DNA of 62,923 nucleotides, counting the filler, from Choristocarpus tenellus KU-1152 (taxonomy: Eukaryota > Protista > Phaeophyceae), in NCBI GenBank assembly GCA_964200185.2. It is 11 parts of 11 records of this genome, joined end to end, with 100 filler letters (N's around TTAATTAATTAA, not from the genome) between each part and the next. Parts side by side here need not be neighbours in the genome. Positions count along the whole stretch, not along the records: positions 46,469 to 51,090 come from CAXNAD020013753.1; positions 51,191 to 55,024 come from CAXNAD020017663.1; positions 55,125 to 62,923 come from CAXNAD020005566.1; 8 more parts are not named here. One strand, written 5' to 3'. Each line of letters begins with the position of its first letter. The first letter of the stretch is position 1. Of the stretch, positions 50,618-62,923 are shown in pieces. Under the pieces are notes generated by a model. That model ran no database searches. It was not told where the DNA came from and saw only the letters and a list, made by a program, of their open reading frames with translations. Both the position numbers and the translations under genes were made by a program.

Positions 50618-51090
50618 GTATGCCGAGGAGGTACTCGAGATGTAAGTGGAAGTATAATGGCGAGGGAATATGGAAGTATAATGTGCATCAGTCAGTGTCC
50701 AGGTGCAATCACCCTCTGCCTGACCATCTCTTTGAATGTTTGAGCATCAGCATGAGTAGAGGAGGCCCTTCGCACTTCAAACATATCCTTACTGCAAGGG
50801 TGATTGGGAGGTTGGTTAGTGAGAAGCAGTAGGGAAGAGAGGGACAACATACAGATATTCATTGAGAGGGTGTGTACCAAGCAGCCTAAGCGCAAACAAC
50901 ATTTCCTTGCTGGACAGGGCACAAGAAAACCAATGTTGACCCTTTTCAGTATGTTGTACCGGTTCAGGAGAGCAAGGAAATGATCAAGGCAGAACATACT
51001 GCAGTAAAAAAACGACTCTTAAAAGGGGGCATAGAGGTGAGCGAGGCATGGAATCCCTGGAAGTACAGTCGCAGGTAGCACTTGTGCTGG

Positions 51091-51190
51091 NNNNNNNNNN
51101 NNNNNNNNNNNNNNNNNNNNNNNNNNNNNNNNNNTTAATTAATTAANNNNNNNNNNNNNNNNNNNNNNNNNNNNNNNNNNNNNNNNNNNN
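51091..51190. other. Artificial contig spacer
   Basis: N44-TTAATTAATTAA-N44. Confidence 0.98.
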
Positions 51191-51209
51191 CCCCCAGATA
51201 CTTTGACCC
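51191..51209. mobile_element. MITE family A TIR at contig start
   Basis: CCCCCAGATACTTTGACCC. Confidence 0.75.
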
Positions 51210-53174
51210 CATTGCCACCGATCCGTCAAGCACAACCGTAGTATGGGTGAAAGCAGGGAGAGGCCCTCCATAAGGTAGTTGATACAAATCTGATAGGTGA
51301 ACATGACTTAGTACAACGTATTTACACCTATGCGAACAATACAAAACCTCCTACAATTTATGTAACTTTTGTTTTAGTGAATGTAAGCACCCATCACTAT
51401 TATCGATAACGCCTTTAAATACATCCTCTCTTGATATTTTTAGCGAGCGCGACAATCCGCCACATTCGTTAAATTGATTGTATGTTCTACACTACTCACT
51501 GATTTCGTGTTCTAAGATCGGCTAGAAAGAAAATCATTATTTCGATTGAACTTTCGGCACATGAGGTCACAAGCACACAGGTCGCCGAGTGGTGTGTGGT
51601 GCAAACAAATCCCCTACCTGAAAGGTCTCAGGCAGATCCGAAGCCATGAATGCATAATGAGTTGTGGGTAGTGACCCCTTGTGGGCAATGCACTAGGTTG
51701 CGTGGTTCTGTGATCTCCGATACGTCCAGTCATTCTTCTGCTTGTAATGTGATAATAAAAACGAATAACTGAACCTTTTCAGCTCGTCAGTTGTTCGGTT
51801 ATTCTAATCGATTGAAATGAAGCCGATTGAATTGTCACAGTTCACAACACTATAATTGATGCAAGAACATTTGTTTGTACTTTTAAGAAGTAGTGTAGAA
51901 TGCATTGACTCTAAGTAAATGCGAGTCAGAGTTAGGTAGGGTTGAGCTAGATTCTTAGTCTCAAATTAATGTGAAAGTGGAGAAGCACAAGTGATAATTA
52001 TCATGTCTGTCGCTCTTTACACGAAAAAGCGGAAAGCTGGAATAAAATCATGCTTCATTGTGGTTGATGCCGAGCCAAGCACTGGACATTAAGATTCACC
52101 TGGGGGTGGAGACAGAGTGGTGAGTTATGGGATGATTGAAAAAAAGAGTGAGAAGCAAGGAAACCACGGGGCATTGCAATTAGTTGTGGTGCAAAGGCAC
52201 TTTAGATCTTACTTTTAACAAGTAGTGCAATGTTTGTACCCTTGGGCCATGGGTTGAACCTAGTCCCTAGACTAAGTTAAGATAAATTAATTCGTACGTA
52301 TGAACCTGTTTTTCATGTGCGATATACTCGGAGTATTTTACAACAATAACTACTGTTAATGTATAGGAGGGTCTTTACTGTAAGTAATATAGATACTCTG
52401 TCGTGCTCCTGGTAGTTAGGGTAAGTATGGGCTAAGGGAACCAATAGCCCTACAACCTCCTTGGCCATCAGACAACAGACAACACCGTAATACAGAATTG
52501 GGCTTTCAGCTTTCAGATGGTTCTCATGTCCAGTCTCCGTATGGATAATTTATTCAATCGGCACTGCAAGACGAAACACTTCAACTATTGCTATCTGTGG
52601 TGCACTCTCCTTTTCATCCTGGCATAATCTCCTATGCCCCTTCCTCTTTGGGTCACTCCGTGGTGATGATACTAAGTTCTACTGACTAGTCTAACCAGTT
52701 CTTGTCGACGAAAAACTGAGGTCAAAAAGCAATCTTTCAGTAGGTCTGCAAGTTATAGACAGACTGGTGATTCCTGTAACAGGACCATTCCGCTCGAAAG
52801 TCGTTAGCCTGGTGCATAGTCAGCAAATAACCAATACTGGGATAAGAGGTTGTTATTAACAGAGATTGAGGGATTTGCTTGTATTGTTGTAACCCGTTTG
52901 CTGACAGGAACGTTTCAAGAAATATTCTGTAACTAATATCCAATTAAAAGTAAGTATAGCACATAATGACTGGTTGGAGAAGACATGATGGGAATGGAGG
53001 ACACAAGCTGAATGAGTTCAGTGTCCCTCGTTTGGTATCTCAGGTAGTATCGTAGTGCTACAGTTGTTGTGCATGGCATCCTTCGTTAACAATACAACTA
53101 ACACGTACAATGGGCACGGAGATGTGCAATATGGTTCTAGTACTGGGTACACCCGGTCAATAATCACAGCTTCT

Positions 53175-53433
53175 GAGCCAAACCAATTGAGAGGTAAACA
53201 GGTCCGGAACCTTTTGCATTCCAAGGCATGTCCCTCCCTGCGCAATTCACTCTATTTCGTTGCTTTATGTACACAATAGTGTACAAAAAATGGATATATC
53301 CTCTTCCACACACAAAATACACCCCCCACAATTCAGTAAGGACTCTTTATGCAATTGTACAAACTGACATACTTCTACCCCTTCTCGGGATCCATAAACT
53401 GTAACCCTGCCTACCTCTCAGTTGGTTTGGCTC
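53175..53433 (-). mobile_element. MITE family E, full length (259 bp)
   Basis: GAGCCAAACCAATTGAGAGGTAAACAGG / CCTGCCTACCTCTCAGTTGGTTTGGCTC; flanks TCT/ACT. Confidence 0.85.
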
Positions 53434-55004
53434 ACTTAGGGTTAATCTAGAGAGGTTAAGAATAATAGAGACACATTGCAGTAGACAAAGAAATACCTCC
53501 AGCAGGGTAGGTTGATTCGCATAGTGACAATGGCACCAGCTAGTTGCACTATAGAAGTCTCTTCCGGTCCATCTATACAGTGAGGAACCTATTCACCGCT
53601 GGACTTGTATTGAGAGCAAGGAAACTAATCGCATTCCAAGCTTACACTGTAAATATTTGAGTAAAGCACACGAGTTGCATACCAATGTTTTAAGATATGT
53701 GTTTAGTATCTATAGTAGGAATCCTTGATATAAGAAAGTAATCGTCCAAATCAGTCCCATGTGCGAACAACGGGTGTTCTCTAAGAGGTATGAATAAAAG
53801 AGGGCGTTCTTTCTTTTTGGAAATCATACGATCATCACAGCAGGATGATTTCTTAAATATTGTCTCTCAACGCAAGATTCCCGAGGATGCTGCAACCAAC
53901 AAGGTGATAGTAAGTAGCAGCAGCAAACACAATATTGAACTATACTATTTTAAGGGCACGTTTTTCCGTCCTGGGTCGATAAGAGCATGCCTATATACTA
54001 CCTATCTCTTCTCTATACTACATAGTTCTAGTGAACTTCAGACATGCATCGGGGCTTGGATGTGTTCTGACTGAGAGGAGAGTAGTTGGTGGTACACTTC
54101 ACTTCTGAATGATTATGTCATAATCTGAGGGGGGTGGGGCTCTACGGTAGAAGGAGGTTAGTATGCACAGCTGTAAAATTTGATTGTGGTGTGCACTGTT
54201 CCCCTTGTGCATTGAGTGGGGATAATATTAGGTTCACGTTATAGAAAAGTTCCTGAATAAGTATGGGTATATTTCTCCTGCAGATCGGATACCACCTTCC
54301 AACAACTCTGTAAGTTACCTGCATGTAGTGTATAGAAAGTGTATCTGGGAAGGAAATGATATTAGTTGATTATCCCCACGAAATAATAATACCTGAAAAT
54401 TGCTAGGGCGTTACTCCTTTTTCGGCATGGCTCAGGTAGTTGTACCGTACTATACTGTATTAAGACTTCATACGCCCAGTCGTTTGTAGCACCGTAAATC
54501 GACAATAATAATAGAAGGGTGGTTACAATGCCGCTAACTAAAAATGCTTCCAGCGGTGATACAACAATAATCATGCAGTGACACCCAGATCGTACGATAT
54601 TCTTGCTTGTACTCCTGATACAAGTTTGAACTGGTACTCGGGAGTTTACCAAAGCACTCATTTTCTTCAGTGCGTACCACCACTGGTACCTCATAACACG
54701 TCATTTGAAGGACTCAGTCAAATATCACGTCTACGTCCCTACAAGTAAGTTACACCAGCATTGAAGGAGGGGGATATGTCTACCATATACTATCAACGTT
54801 CTCCGGAATAATAAAATTCCTCCAGGACATATGTGTGTGAAAAATTTCTGCTATATTGGTTGCATTTGCCCTGCAATATCCCTTACCCCCTCAATCTTTT
54901 CCTAACTCTCTGTAGTAGTCTATGTTTGCTATGTACTTGGAGTATGCAAATGATACCTTCACTCCATGTCGACCTGGGGTGTAGGGCTAAGCTAGGTTGG
55001 AGGC

Positions 55005-55024
55005 GACCCAAAGTATCTGGGGGG
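55005..55024 (+). mobile_element. MITE family B left TIR at contig end
   Basis: GACCCAAAGTATCTGGGGGG; directly follows a piece matching CRE-like 6871-6892. Confidence 0.75.
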
Positions 55025-55124
55025 NNNNNNNNNNNNNNNNNNNNNNNNNNNNNNNNNNNNNNNNNNNNTTAATTAATTAANNNNNNNNNNNNNNNNNNNN
55101 NNNNNNNNNNNNNNNNNNNNNNNN
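55025..55124. other. Artificial contig spacer
   Basis: N44-TTAATTAATTAA-N44. Confidence 0.98.
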
Positions 55125-58100
55125 GACAAGGGGGGGGGCAAATATTCAATTTTGATCATTTGAAGCACAGCAGTAGGATGAGTTATCATAGTTACAACAA
55201 GATTGCATTTCTCTTTTCAAAATATGCGGATAACTAAAAAAAAACTCTCATAAAGAATATCCCTATGTGTTCAAGCTCAGTCTACAAGTCTCTCACATGC
55301 CAACAGCAGGCAGTTAAGGACTTTTCATAGAACTGGCAGTTAACTAGACCACCTGATAGGAAGGGGGTCACAGGCCAGCCCACAGACCGGTTCAGTTACA
55401 TTCTCTCTGTCCAGTACCATTAAACAATATTTCACCAGGGCCAGCCAGTGACCCAGATCAGACCGGTAAAATCTGAGAAAGTCCTAGACCAGCCCTATTA
55501 AAAGATATCTCACAAATGTCCATCTGTGGGCCCAGCCGGGTTTGTATCTCTGATGGACCGGGCCAGGAACTACCCTAATAAAAACACACCTTTACCAAGG
55601 CCAGCCCAAGGCCTGGTACAGTGACTTTACCCAGTTCAGTGTAAATTCCTACTTGCTAAACTCTGTGATTCATAGATGCATGACTCCAGAGCAAACTAAA
55701 ATATTAACATCGACATCCTAGGATCGCTGGGTAGGTAGGGTGGGTATTCTTAGTTCCGTTGTGATAAAATAAATAATTAATAGAGTAGTGTAGCATGTAA
55801 TAAGAGAAGGCATTCTAACCCCAGAGCAACAAAAAATAAGAAACAAACTGATGCCAATCATCTTCACCTCAGGAGTACACTCACATTATTCTAATTTTTT
55901 TGTGCAATCTTATCTCTAACTGCAGCTGCACCTTTCTCAACTCGTACTAAAAAAAAACAGAATAAATATATTTTACATGCAACGGTGCACATAGAGGATG
56001 GTCATTTTTTGTATTTTCATTGTAATTATAAAAATATAAAAAGAAAATTACAACACTTTCAGTACGGGTGCCACTAACATCTACGCCAAGTAACAGAACA
56101 CAAAACAGCACTCTGCTGGTCCTCCCTCCCCTCGATAACAATTACACCAACCGCAACCAGATTATTATTATTATTACTAATATTATTATTGTATCAGTCT
56201 ATATTACGGTCAGATTATATATCAGACTACAGTCTCCCCCACCCACCCACCCCAATCCCTCTTCCCCTTCTGATTTTGTAGTGTTAAACCAAAATATGAA
56301 CTCCTCAACTAGATAACCTCAATTCTCTCACTGCCAGAGGAGGGTTGCTGTGACACAGCATCAAAGATGAAAATCAACCAGTTGACACCCAGGCAGAAAG
56401 AGGTCACACCCGGACCCAATAGAGCAGATGCTCCCACCATCTCCATCACCTCTCACACAGACACACTTCCTCAAACAAGGCTGTAAGCTGAAGCCCCAAG
56501 TCTCCTCAGTAACTCTTCTTTATCTTCTGCTGTAAGGGCAGCAGCACCCTTCTGTCCTGGTTACACATGCTGGACATAGTAGCACCACCTCTCTCTCTCT
56601 CTCTCTTGGTCATAAACACACCTCCATATTGTTTGACACACCTGTAGTATGAACACCCACAGTAAATGAGTTAGTTAAAAAAATACAAAGTTTCTTGCCA
56701 TGCTATCTTCATGTGCACTTCTTGGACCATGGACCAAGTGTCTGCTAAAATAAGAATGGTCAGTCCCCCCCCCTTCCCTGCCAACAAGTGCATAGGTAGT
56801 GACTTGATGTAGCCATCAGTATTCTATCTTTGGTGAATAAAATTTCAACAACACAGGAAGGAGGAAGTATTGAGGAGATACAAGCAGAGTAGACTCTGAA
56901 AGTGGACTGACTTGAGATGTCTAAGGTCTCAATGATGAACAACAAATCAATTGCCAACGGACTGGTTGACAACAAGGTAGACTAGGTAAATATTGCCCCC
57001 ATGGACAAGGCTAGCTCACTCCATTTTGACCAATTGCTTACAATAATAATAGCATACAAACCAATCTTCTGAGCACTGCTGGGGAACATCATTGTTACTT
57101 AACCCCCCCTCCCCCCACCTCTCAATTTGAGAATGGCATTGCATTCAATTCCATCCCAAACATAGTGCAGCCCAAAGACATAGCCATCTTCCATTACACC
57201 CACCACACACAAAATGAAAATACTCACAAGAACACAACAGTCACCTTTCATCCTCCATCATTATTTTCAAATCACTACTAAGCTTTTCCCTTTGAAAACA
57301 TAGACAAAGAGGCGAAGGCTACATACTCCCTCCCTACCTCCCTTCCCTGCCCAGGTGACACTTCATATTGGCATCCATAATTCCTCTGCTACAAAAGATG
57401 AACAGGATTGCAGCCAACTACCTCAACCCCAAACCTAACCCTAACACTAATCCAATTCACCTCTACACCAGAACAGTACCTTCCAACTGTCTCCTAAGAA
57501 CCAGAAGTGCTTTTTCCGTTGGTCCTCAAACACAAAATATCAGTACAGAAGAGCCATGCCAGTCATGCAGGGGGCACAGACAGGGCTAGGGCTTACGATG
57601 TGATATGGTATGACCATGGAAGAAACTGTTTACATTGTGTTGGGTGTTACCTTACACCATCAAGGATGTACCTTATATTGTCATACAGACCCATCAACCA
57701 CCCAAATTTGGCAAAGATTACCTCATCTCTGATCAATTGTGAAAACAGTGACCCAACACATGGTGGAACCCTAACCCTACAAACAGTTAATCCCAGTATT
57801 GCTACCCACAATGCAACCCTAACTCTAGTTTGTTGGAATGATACTGCACGGTGTTGTGCATGTGCGCAAGTGTGAAGTGACAAAAGGTTTTTTGTTTGTT
57901 GTTTGTTGTGACTGAGAAGTCAATCCAGAGTAACACTACTCCACCAGTCTTTAAAGCTGAGAAAGAACATCCTTCTACCAGGTCACTACCCCTATCTCTG
58001 TCATTTCAAAACTCACCAGTTCCTGCTTGCAATACTACATTCAAGTGGATCATGCAACAGAAAGCTGAAGTGGTCCACACTTTGTTCCTGCAACAATTAC

Positions 58101-58673
58101 CACTATAAAATAAACATATCAAGACAAGTGACCAAGTGTCTTCATCATGCTCTCCTCTCTCTGCATCTCTAATTGGATAACATTTCTAACTTCAAGCACA
58201 CATAAAAAATATAAAATAAAAACTTGAGAAAAGGAATATCCACAAAATCTGTAGTAGCTCTTACATCCCCACTGATGGGTTCTAGTACAACACATGCGAG
58301 GTCAACTTTCTTCAAAGCAATAACAAAAATCAAACTGTAGAGTTGGTAGTAAAATAAAAAACATGATGCATTAATAGCCACTTAGATGTACACCTCAGAA
58401 TATTCTATCTTGGAAAAAAATCGAAACATGCCTAACCCTAACCCTAGCCCCCCTATCTTCATAATACTAATACAAGGAATACAAGCAAGCACAACTGCTC
58501 CCTTAACGCCTCCAGTCTTATAAAACCCCTACATTACACCTCTTAGCACGATTGCTACTCTTATCACAACCACAAAATCCCTAGCCCAACCAAACAAAAC
58601 TCCAACCCTAACTCTGAGGAGGTAGGAACAGTACCAAACACTGAGAAATATATACGTACATATGCACACAAAC

Positions 58674-58708
<35 letters not shown>
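58674..58708 (+). repeat. (AT)n(GT)n compound microsatellite
   Basis: Read directly. Confidence 0.9.
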
Positions 58709-59091
58709 AGGCATCTCACCCCTATCTGCCAACAGTTGAAAGAGAAAGCGCACTTGATGAGGGCAGAGTGGCTGCAGTCAGGCAACAACAAGCAACACGC
58801 TGAGCACAGCAACCTCGATACCAAGGCGCAGTTGGATAGGGAGGAAGTCCTATTCATATGATGGAGGACCATTGGCAAGTGGGCGACACTGGTGACAGGT
58901 GCGACCACAAAAGAGGATAAGGCCTGAAAGGAATGCTCCAACCTAACATTCAAGTCTAAGGTAACTGGTATCCTTGAACACGCAGCCTGGTCCACACAAG
59001 ACAAAGCAAAGCACCTCCTGCACTGTCAGCTAACCCACAGATAGTGACGCGATCAAATCAAATCAACACTATGCCAACTCCATAAAATTTC

Positions 59092-59850
59092 ACCTGCAAT
59101 GCTTCAATGCAGACAAGAAGACGCTGCTCACTGTCCTGCAACAGCCCTTCTGCATTGAAGCAACAGCAGCGAAAATTCATCGAGTTGGTGCAGTTATTGA
59201 TCGGATCTGATCTCACAACAGCTTGTCTGCACTGAAGCATTTCAGCGAAATTTCATTGAGTTGGCATCGTGTTGATCGGATCAGATCGCCATCTGACTGT
59301 GACTTAGCTGACAGTGCATGAATCGTTTAGCTTTGTCTTCTGTGAACTACGCTGCACGTTCAAGGATGCTGGTGATCATAGACTCGAATGCAAGATTGGA
59401 GTGTGAATCTCCTCTTTCGCATCCTCACCTGCACATCCGGGCTCACCCCCATCCGGCATTGCGTATGGTGCTTCTTTTTCACGGCTTATGACGAATGATC
59501 AAGGTGTTTCTGCTGGTTATATATGGATGGCCAGGGGATAGTTCAGTACAGCCTTACCTACTCATGGAAGGACGGGAATCTGGGGCAGGGCATCGAGGCT
59601 CCGGCATATCCATCCCTATCACAGTTGACCTAATTGTATCCTCAGAGGTGGGCGCTTGACCTTCACTATCTTCTTCAAGCTAGTTCATGAGCTCCACAAC
59701 CTCAGAAGCTCGGGCGTCCATACTTGGGAGTCTGGACTAGGCCAGGGCTTGAGTAGGTGGAGTTGATACTGAACACCAAGGGTCTTGGGCCGGATAGTAG
59801 AACGGCCGAATACCCACCATGCGTGATGAATCTCTCTCCCTTTTCAGTCT
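59092..59850 (-). pseudogene. Exon-like blocks of a probably disabled gene
   Basis: Splice-bounded blocks (donors near 59556, 59427, 59092) with two in-frame TAGs and a frameshifted internal duplication. Confidence 0.35.
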
Positions 59851-61537
59851 CTACTGGTTGTGGGCAACGAAGGGTCGATAGATTGTGAGGGTTGACGGAT
59901 GTGTACGAAACATTCTGTCACAAGTACTGTATATCGCTACCAGGCATAACTCGAACTCCAATACACTGAAATGCTGCAACTATCAAACGCAGTCTAGTTT
60001 CGTCCTTCCCTCTTGTTCGTGTGGTGTAACTGACCTGTGTGCTTATCCATTAGCATGCTGTTCAATACGACTCGACGTGATGCCTTCACAGAAATTCGTA
60101 ACCAAATTTCCACACCCAGATTGGTTATGAGCCTTCCCACATCATTTCACCCCACCAATTCCATGTAGGAAGTGCACCAGAACTTCCTGAATCCTATGCC
60201 GTCATGGATCCGTTACAGGACCGGATGAAGTCATGCGTTCGTACTCCTCACAGGTTCAGGTACAGGGCCTTGTTCCTGGTTGATGTACCCAACTTGAAAC
60301 AAAGTTCAAATACAATGTCAAAGGGAAGAATGGCTATGGAAGGCATCTTCCTGCTTGCTACTCACCGTATCGCGAATCACTTGCAAATAGAATACACATC
60401 GAAATATATGCCGGCCCGCGTGTCTTGCGCGCCACAACAACGAATTTTGTAATTGGTTTCGGTTTTGAGTTACCCTTACAAACTCGTTACAGAAAAGGTT
60501 TCCACATGGGGCTGGGGAATTTGGCTACAACACATAGGGCTTGGAGGATGCGGTGAGAACATGTCGTACCTGTGCGGAATTCGTAGACACCCAACCACGC
60601 ATCACTCACTTCTAAGTAGCAATGAAGAGGGGTAAGTGTCGGTAGCTCCAACAACCAAATTAGGTGTGTAGAGCGTCCAGCGAACACAAAAATATATCGA
60701 CAAACTTAGTCATGGGGTTTCATCGCATGACTTCGACATACTCCCCACTCGCCTCTTTTTGTGAACGCATAGATCAGGTGGGAGTTGGACGCCGTGTTCG
60801 ACCCAACCGAGTCTCGTTTGTCCGGTACCTCGAAACTTGAGCGACTTTGAAACTCCAAGTCGAAGCAGACGGTAACGAGTGGGCGAGAGGATTCTCTGCC
60901 ATCATATCTTGAGCCTATGTTTCTCTTGGATTTGAATGTAAGACGCACAAAAGATTGATTGTCGACAATTGCACCATGTATTGCTGGTTGTATTGACGTG
61001 GTTGGGTGAAAAGAGACCTTGCCTCTCCGTTCCTCGCCACATAGGAAATATATATGGAATTGGGTTATTGTGTTGATGGTGCGAAAGTTTTCAAAACGAA
61101 AAAGAGCTGGTAGTTTTAATTCACCGATCAAATGGCTTTAAGCTTCAGAACACCTGAACCCTATAGAGCCCTGGTGTTCAAGATTTATCCATATGGACAA
61201 GTAATACTGGAACTGCTCCTGGTGGTGTGATGCTGCTACTGTCACATGATCAGTCAGGAAATATCCACATTCCCATGCCTTGATCATCATTTTGGATGGA
61301 ACTGAATTGTTGACTGGACGCAAATCTATGAATTATTGTATTGACTAATTCTCACGTACTTTACTCTGCCTGACTAATGTTTCCAACCCCAGCATAAACC
61401 TGTCCATCCTTCAAGCAGTCAATTGTGTCTCCTACACACCTTCCCTCCACTACAGATAGGTAAACAACATTTACTTATTCCGTTCCATCCTCTCATCCAT
61501 TCATTGTCAACCAAAGGAAAACAGATAATTCCATCAG

Positions 61538-61632
61538 CACGTGTCGGATTTGAAATGTCAGCAAAATAAGAGTTGTTTGACCGAAACGGACGCCCCCTCA
61601 CAAACTACCCCCTCCCCCAGATACTTTGACCC
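61538..61632 (+). mobile_element. MITE family A right half
   Basis: CACGTGTCGGATTTGAAATGTCAGC...CCCCCAGATACTTTGACCC. Confidence 0.88.
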
Positions 61633-62559
61633 ATCTATCTAAACCTTTTTTTCCATATTACCCGGATCACTCACTCTTTGCTGACAACAATAAACGCTCT
61701 TGCCATTGAATCACAACAATTTGTTGAAAGTAAAGAGGAATTAATTTAATAGACAACATATCTTTAATCCGTTCACTGTACACACCATGCTCGATACGTT
61801 ATGAGTAGTAATTGGTGTATCACATATATTTTCAAAACACTTGATAGCTATTCAACGACAGTATATCCAGATTGCTTATTGGACGCATACATCTATTGTG
61901 ACATATCTATGGAATTTTCAAAAGGTAGAAGAATTATCCTCATGTTTTCTGTCTCTTTGGACTAACCATATCTGTATCTGAGCTCCTTCAAAACAATTTG
62001 TTGAGGGGGACTGGTACTACTGTTGTTGATTGTGTTGGGGCATTCAGTTTCTCAAAGCGCTCCGCTGTTGTATGGGCATCAAATCCATGTATTCGTTATA
62101 TATTTTAGGATTCATTTCTCTTTTTTGCTTGTTAGAGAGAAGAGAGTAAATATTCTATTTAATAAAGAAGTTGATAAACCTATTGTTTATGTACAATTAG
62201 GAAGTATTATGTGGTAAGGTTTTCTTAGTAGCAAATGTGGAAGTCATGGACGATTAAGTGTACTGAGTGACAACGAAACATACATCCAAGATGTACTAAC
62301 AAATAACGGAGTTTTTTGTTATATTCACGACAGTAATGACCCCATTATTCTGAGTGCAGCACAGAAAATATAAACTTGCAACCAAGAAGTAATATTTTCA
62401 TCAGATGTCAATCCTCAGAAGGGACTCTCTTAAGGAGGCTGAGTGCTAGGCCCACTTGGGACTTGTACCGGACACAAAACTTGAAGAAGTGACATGATAC
62501 AGGACAAGCACAGGGAAACCTCATCCCTCTAGCAGCCAACAATCAATGCTAAAACGACA

Positions 62560-62815
62560 GAGTCAAAGTAAACGAGAGGTACCCACAGTTCCATTTTTTA
62601 AATGCTAGCAAATATGTGCAAAGTTTGGCTTCTTTTGCAACTGGTTATAGGATATTTCCTGAATTGGACAGGGAAGTTTCAAATGATCAAGAAATAAACG
62701 CTCTCAAGAGCAGCTTAGAACTTCATCCATAAGAATATGGGTGAACTTCAAAAGATTGAAAGACAGATTTACATTGCAAAACAGCCGAAACCTGGATACC
62801 TCTCGTTTACTTTGA
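62560..62815 (+). mobile_element. MITE family F (~256 bp)
   Basis: GAGTCAAAGTAAACGAGAGGTACCCA / TGGATACCTCTCGTTTACTTTGA. Confidence 0.85.
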
Positions 62816-62816
62816 A

Positions 62817-62923
62817 CAGGGGAATCTCAAAATTGAGGAAGGCGCGGGACTATGAGGATGGGTTTTTTGCGAAAAAAAAAAAAAAAAAGTACCCTGAGGG
62901 TTTTTTTTTCGACTGTATTTGCA
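62817..62923 (+). mobile_element. Terminus of another TIR-type repeat (family G)
   Basis: CAGGGGAATCTCAAAATTGAGGA...TGAGGATG resembles the reverse complement of 16588-16634. Confidence 0.5.

Noticed and set aside
51400-54720. Endogenous giant-virus or horizontally transferred cassette
   Set aside because: No long intronless ORFs or viral hallmark motifs; only short broken frames I cannot assign.
59556-59850. TAG reassigned to Gln (variant genetic code)
   Set aside because: Cactin, TMEM216, TBL1 and the long LRR-gene exons have no in-frame TAG or TAA, and TMEM216 ends in TAG at the expected length.

Overview
This is not one contiguous locus. It is 11 eukaryotic contigs joined by ten artificial 100-bp spacers (N44-TTAATTAATTAA-N44), so adjacency across spacers carries no meaning. 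The DNA is intron-rich and dense in transposons. Well-supported genes are tRNA-Gly(GCC), the 5' part of cactin, a complete 4-exon TMEM216-like ciliary transition-zone gene, and the 3' half of a TBL1/HOS15-type WD40 gene. Two further genes are partial: an LRR gene with a long low-complexity N-terminus, and a coiled-coil gene resembling BBOF1/CFAP157. Gene content, TTAGGG repeats and intron style are consistent with a flagellated stramenopile or alga (inference). The remainder is mostly decayed mobile DNA: Ty3/Gypsy and other LTR relics, APE-type and CRE-like LINE relics, and mariner-type relics. The most striking pattern is five MITE families of about 180-260 bp with largely unrelated interiors. 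They share a bipartite terminus, GRNYCAAA-N6-RRGRGG, with variable 3-bp target duplications, and no matching transposase is visible here. Other signals are a conserved 3' hairpin in the CRE-like LINE family, a CpG-rich promoter versus CpG-poor gene-body/TE contrast, nested insertions and a probable GC-AG intron. I found no CRISPR array, prokaryotic system or viral cassette.
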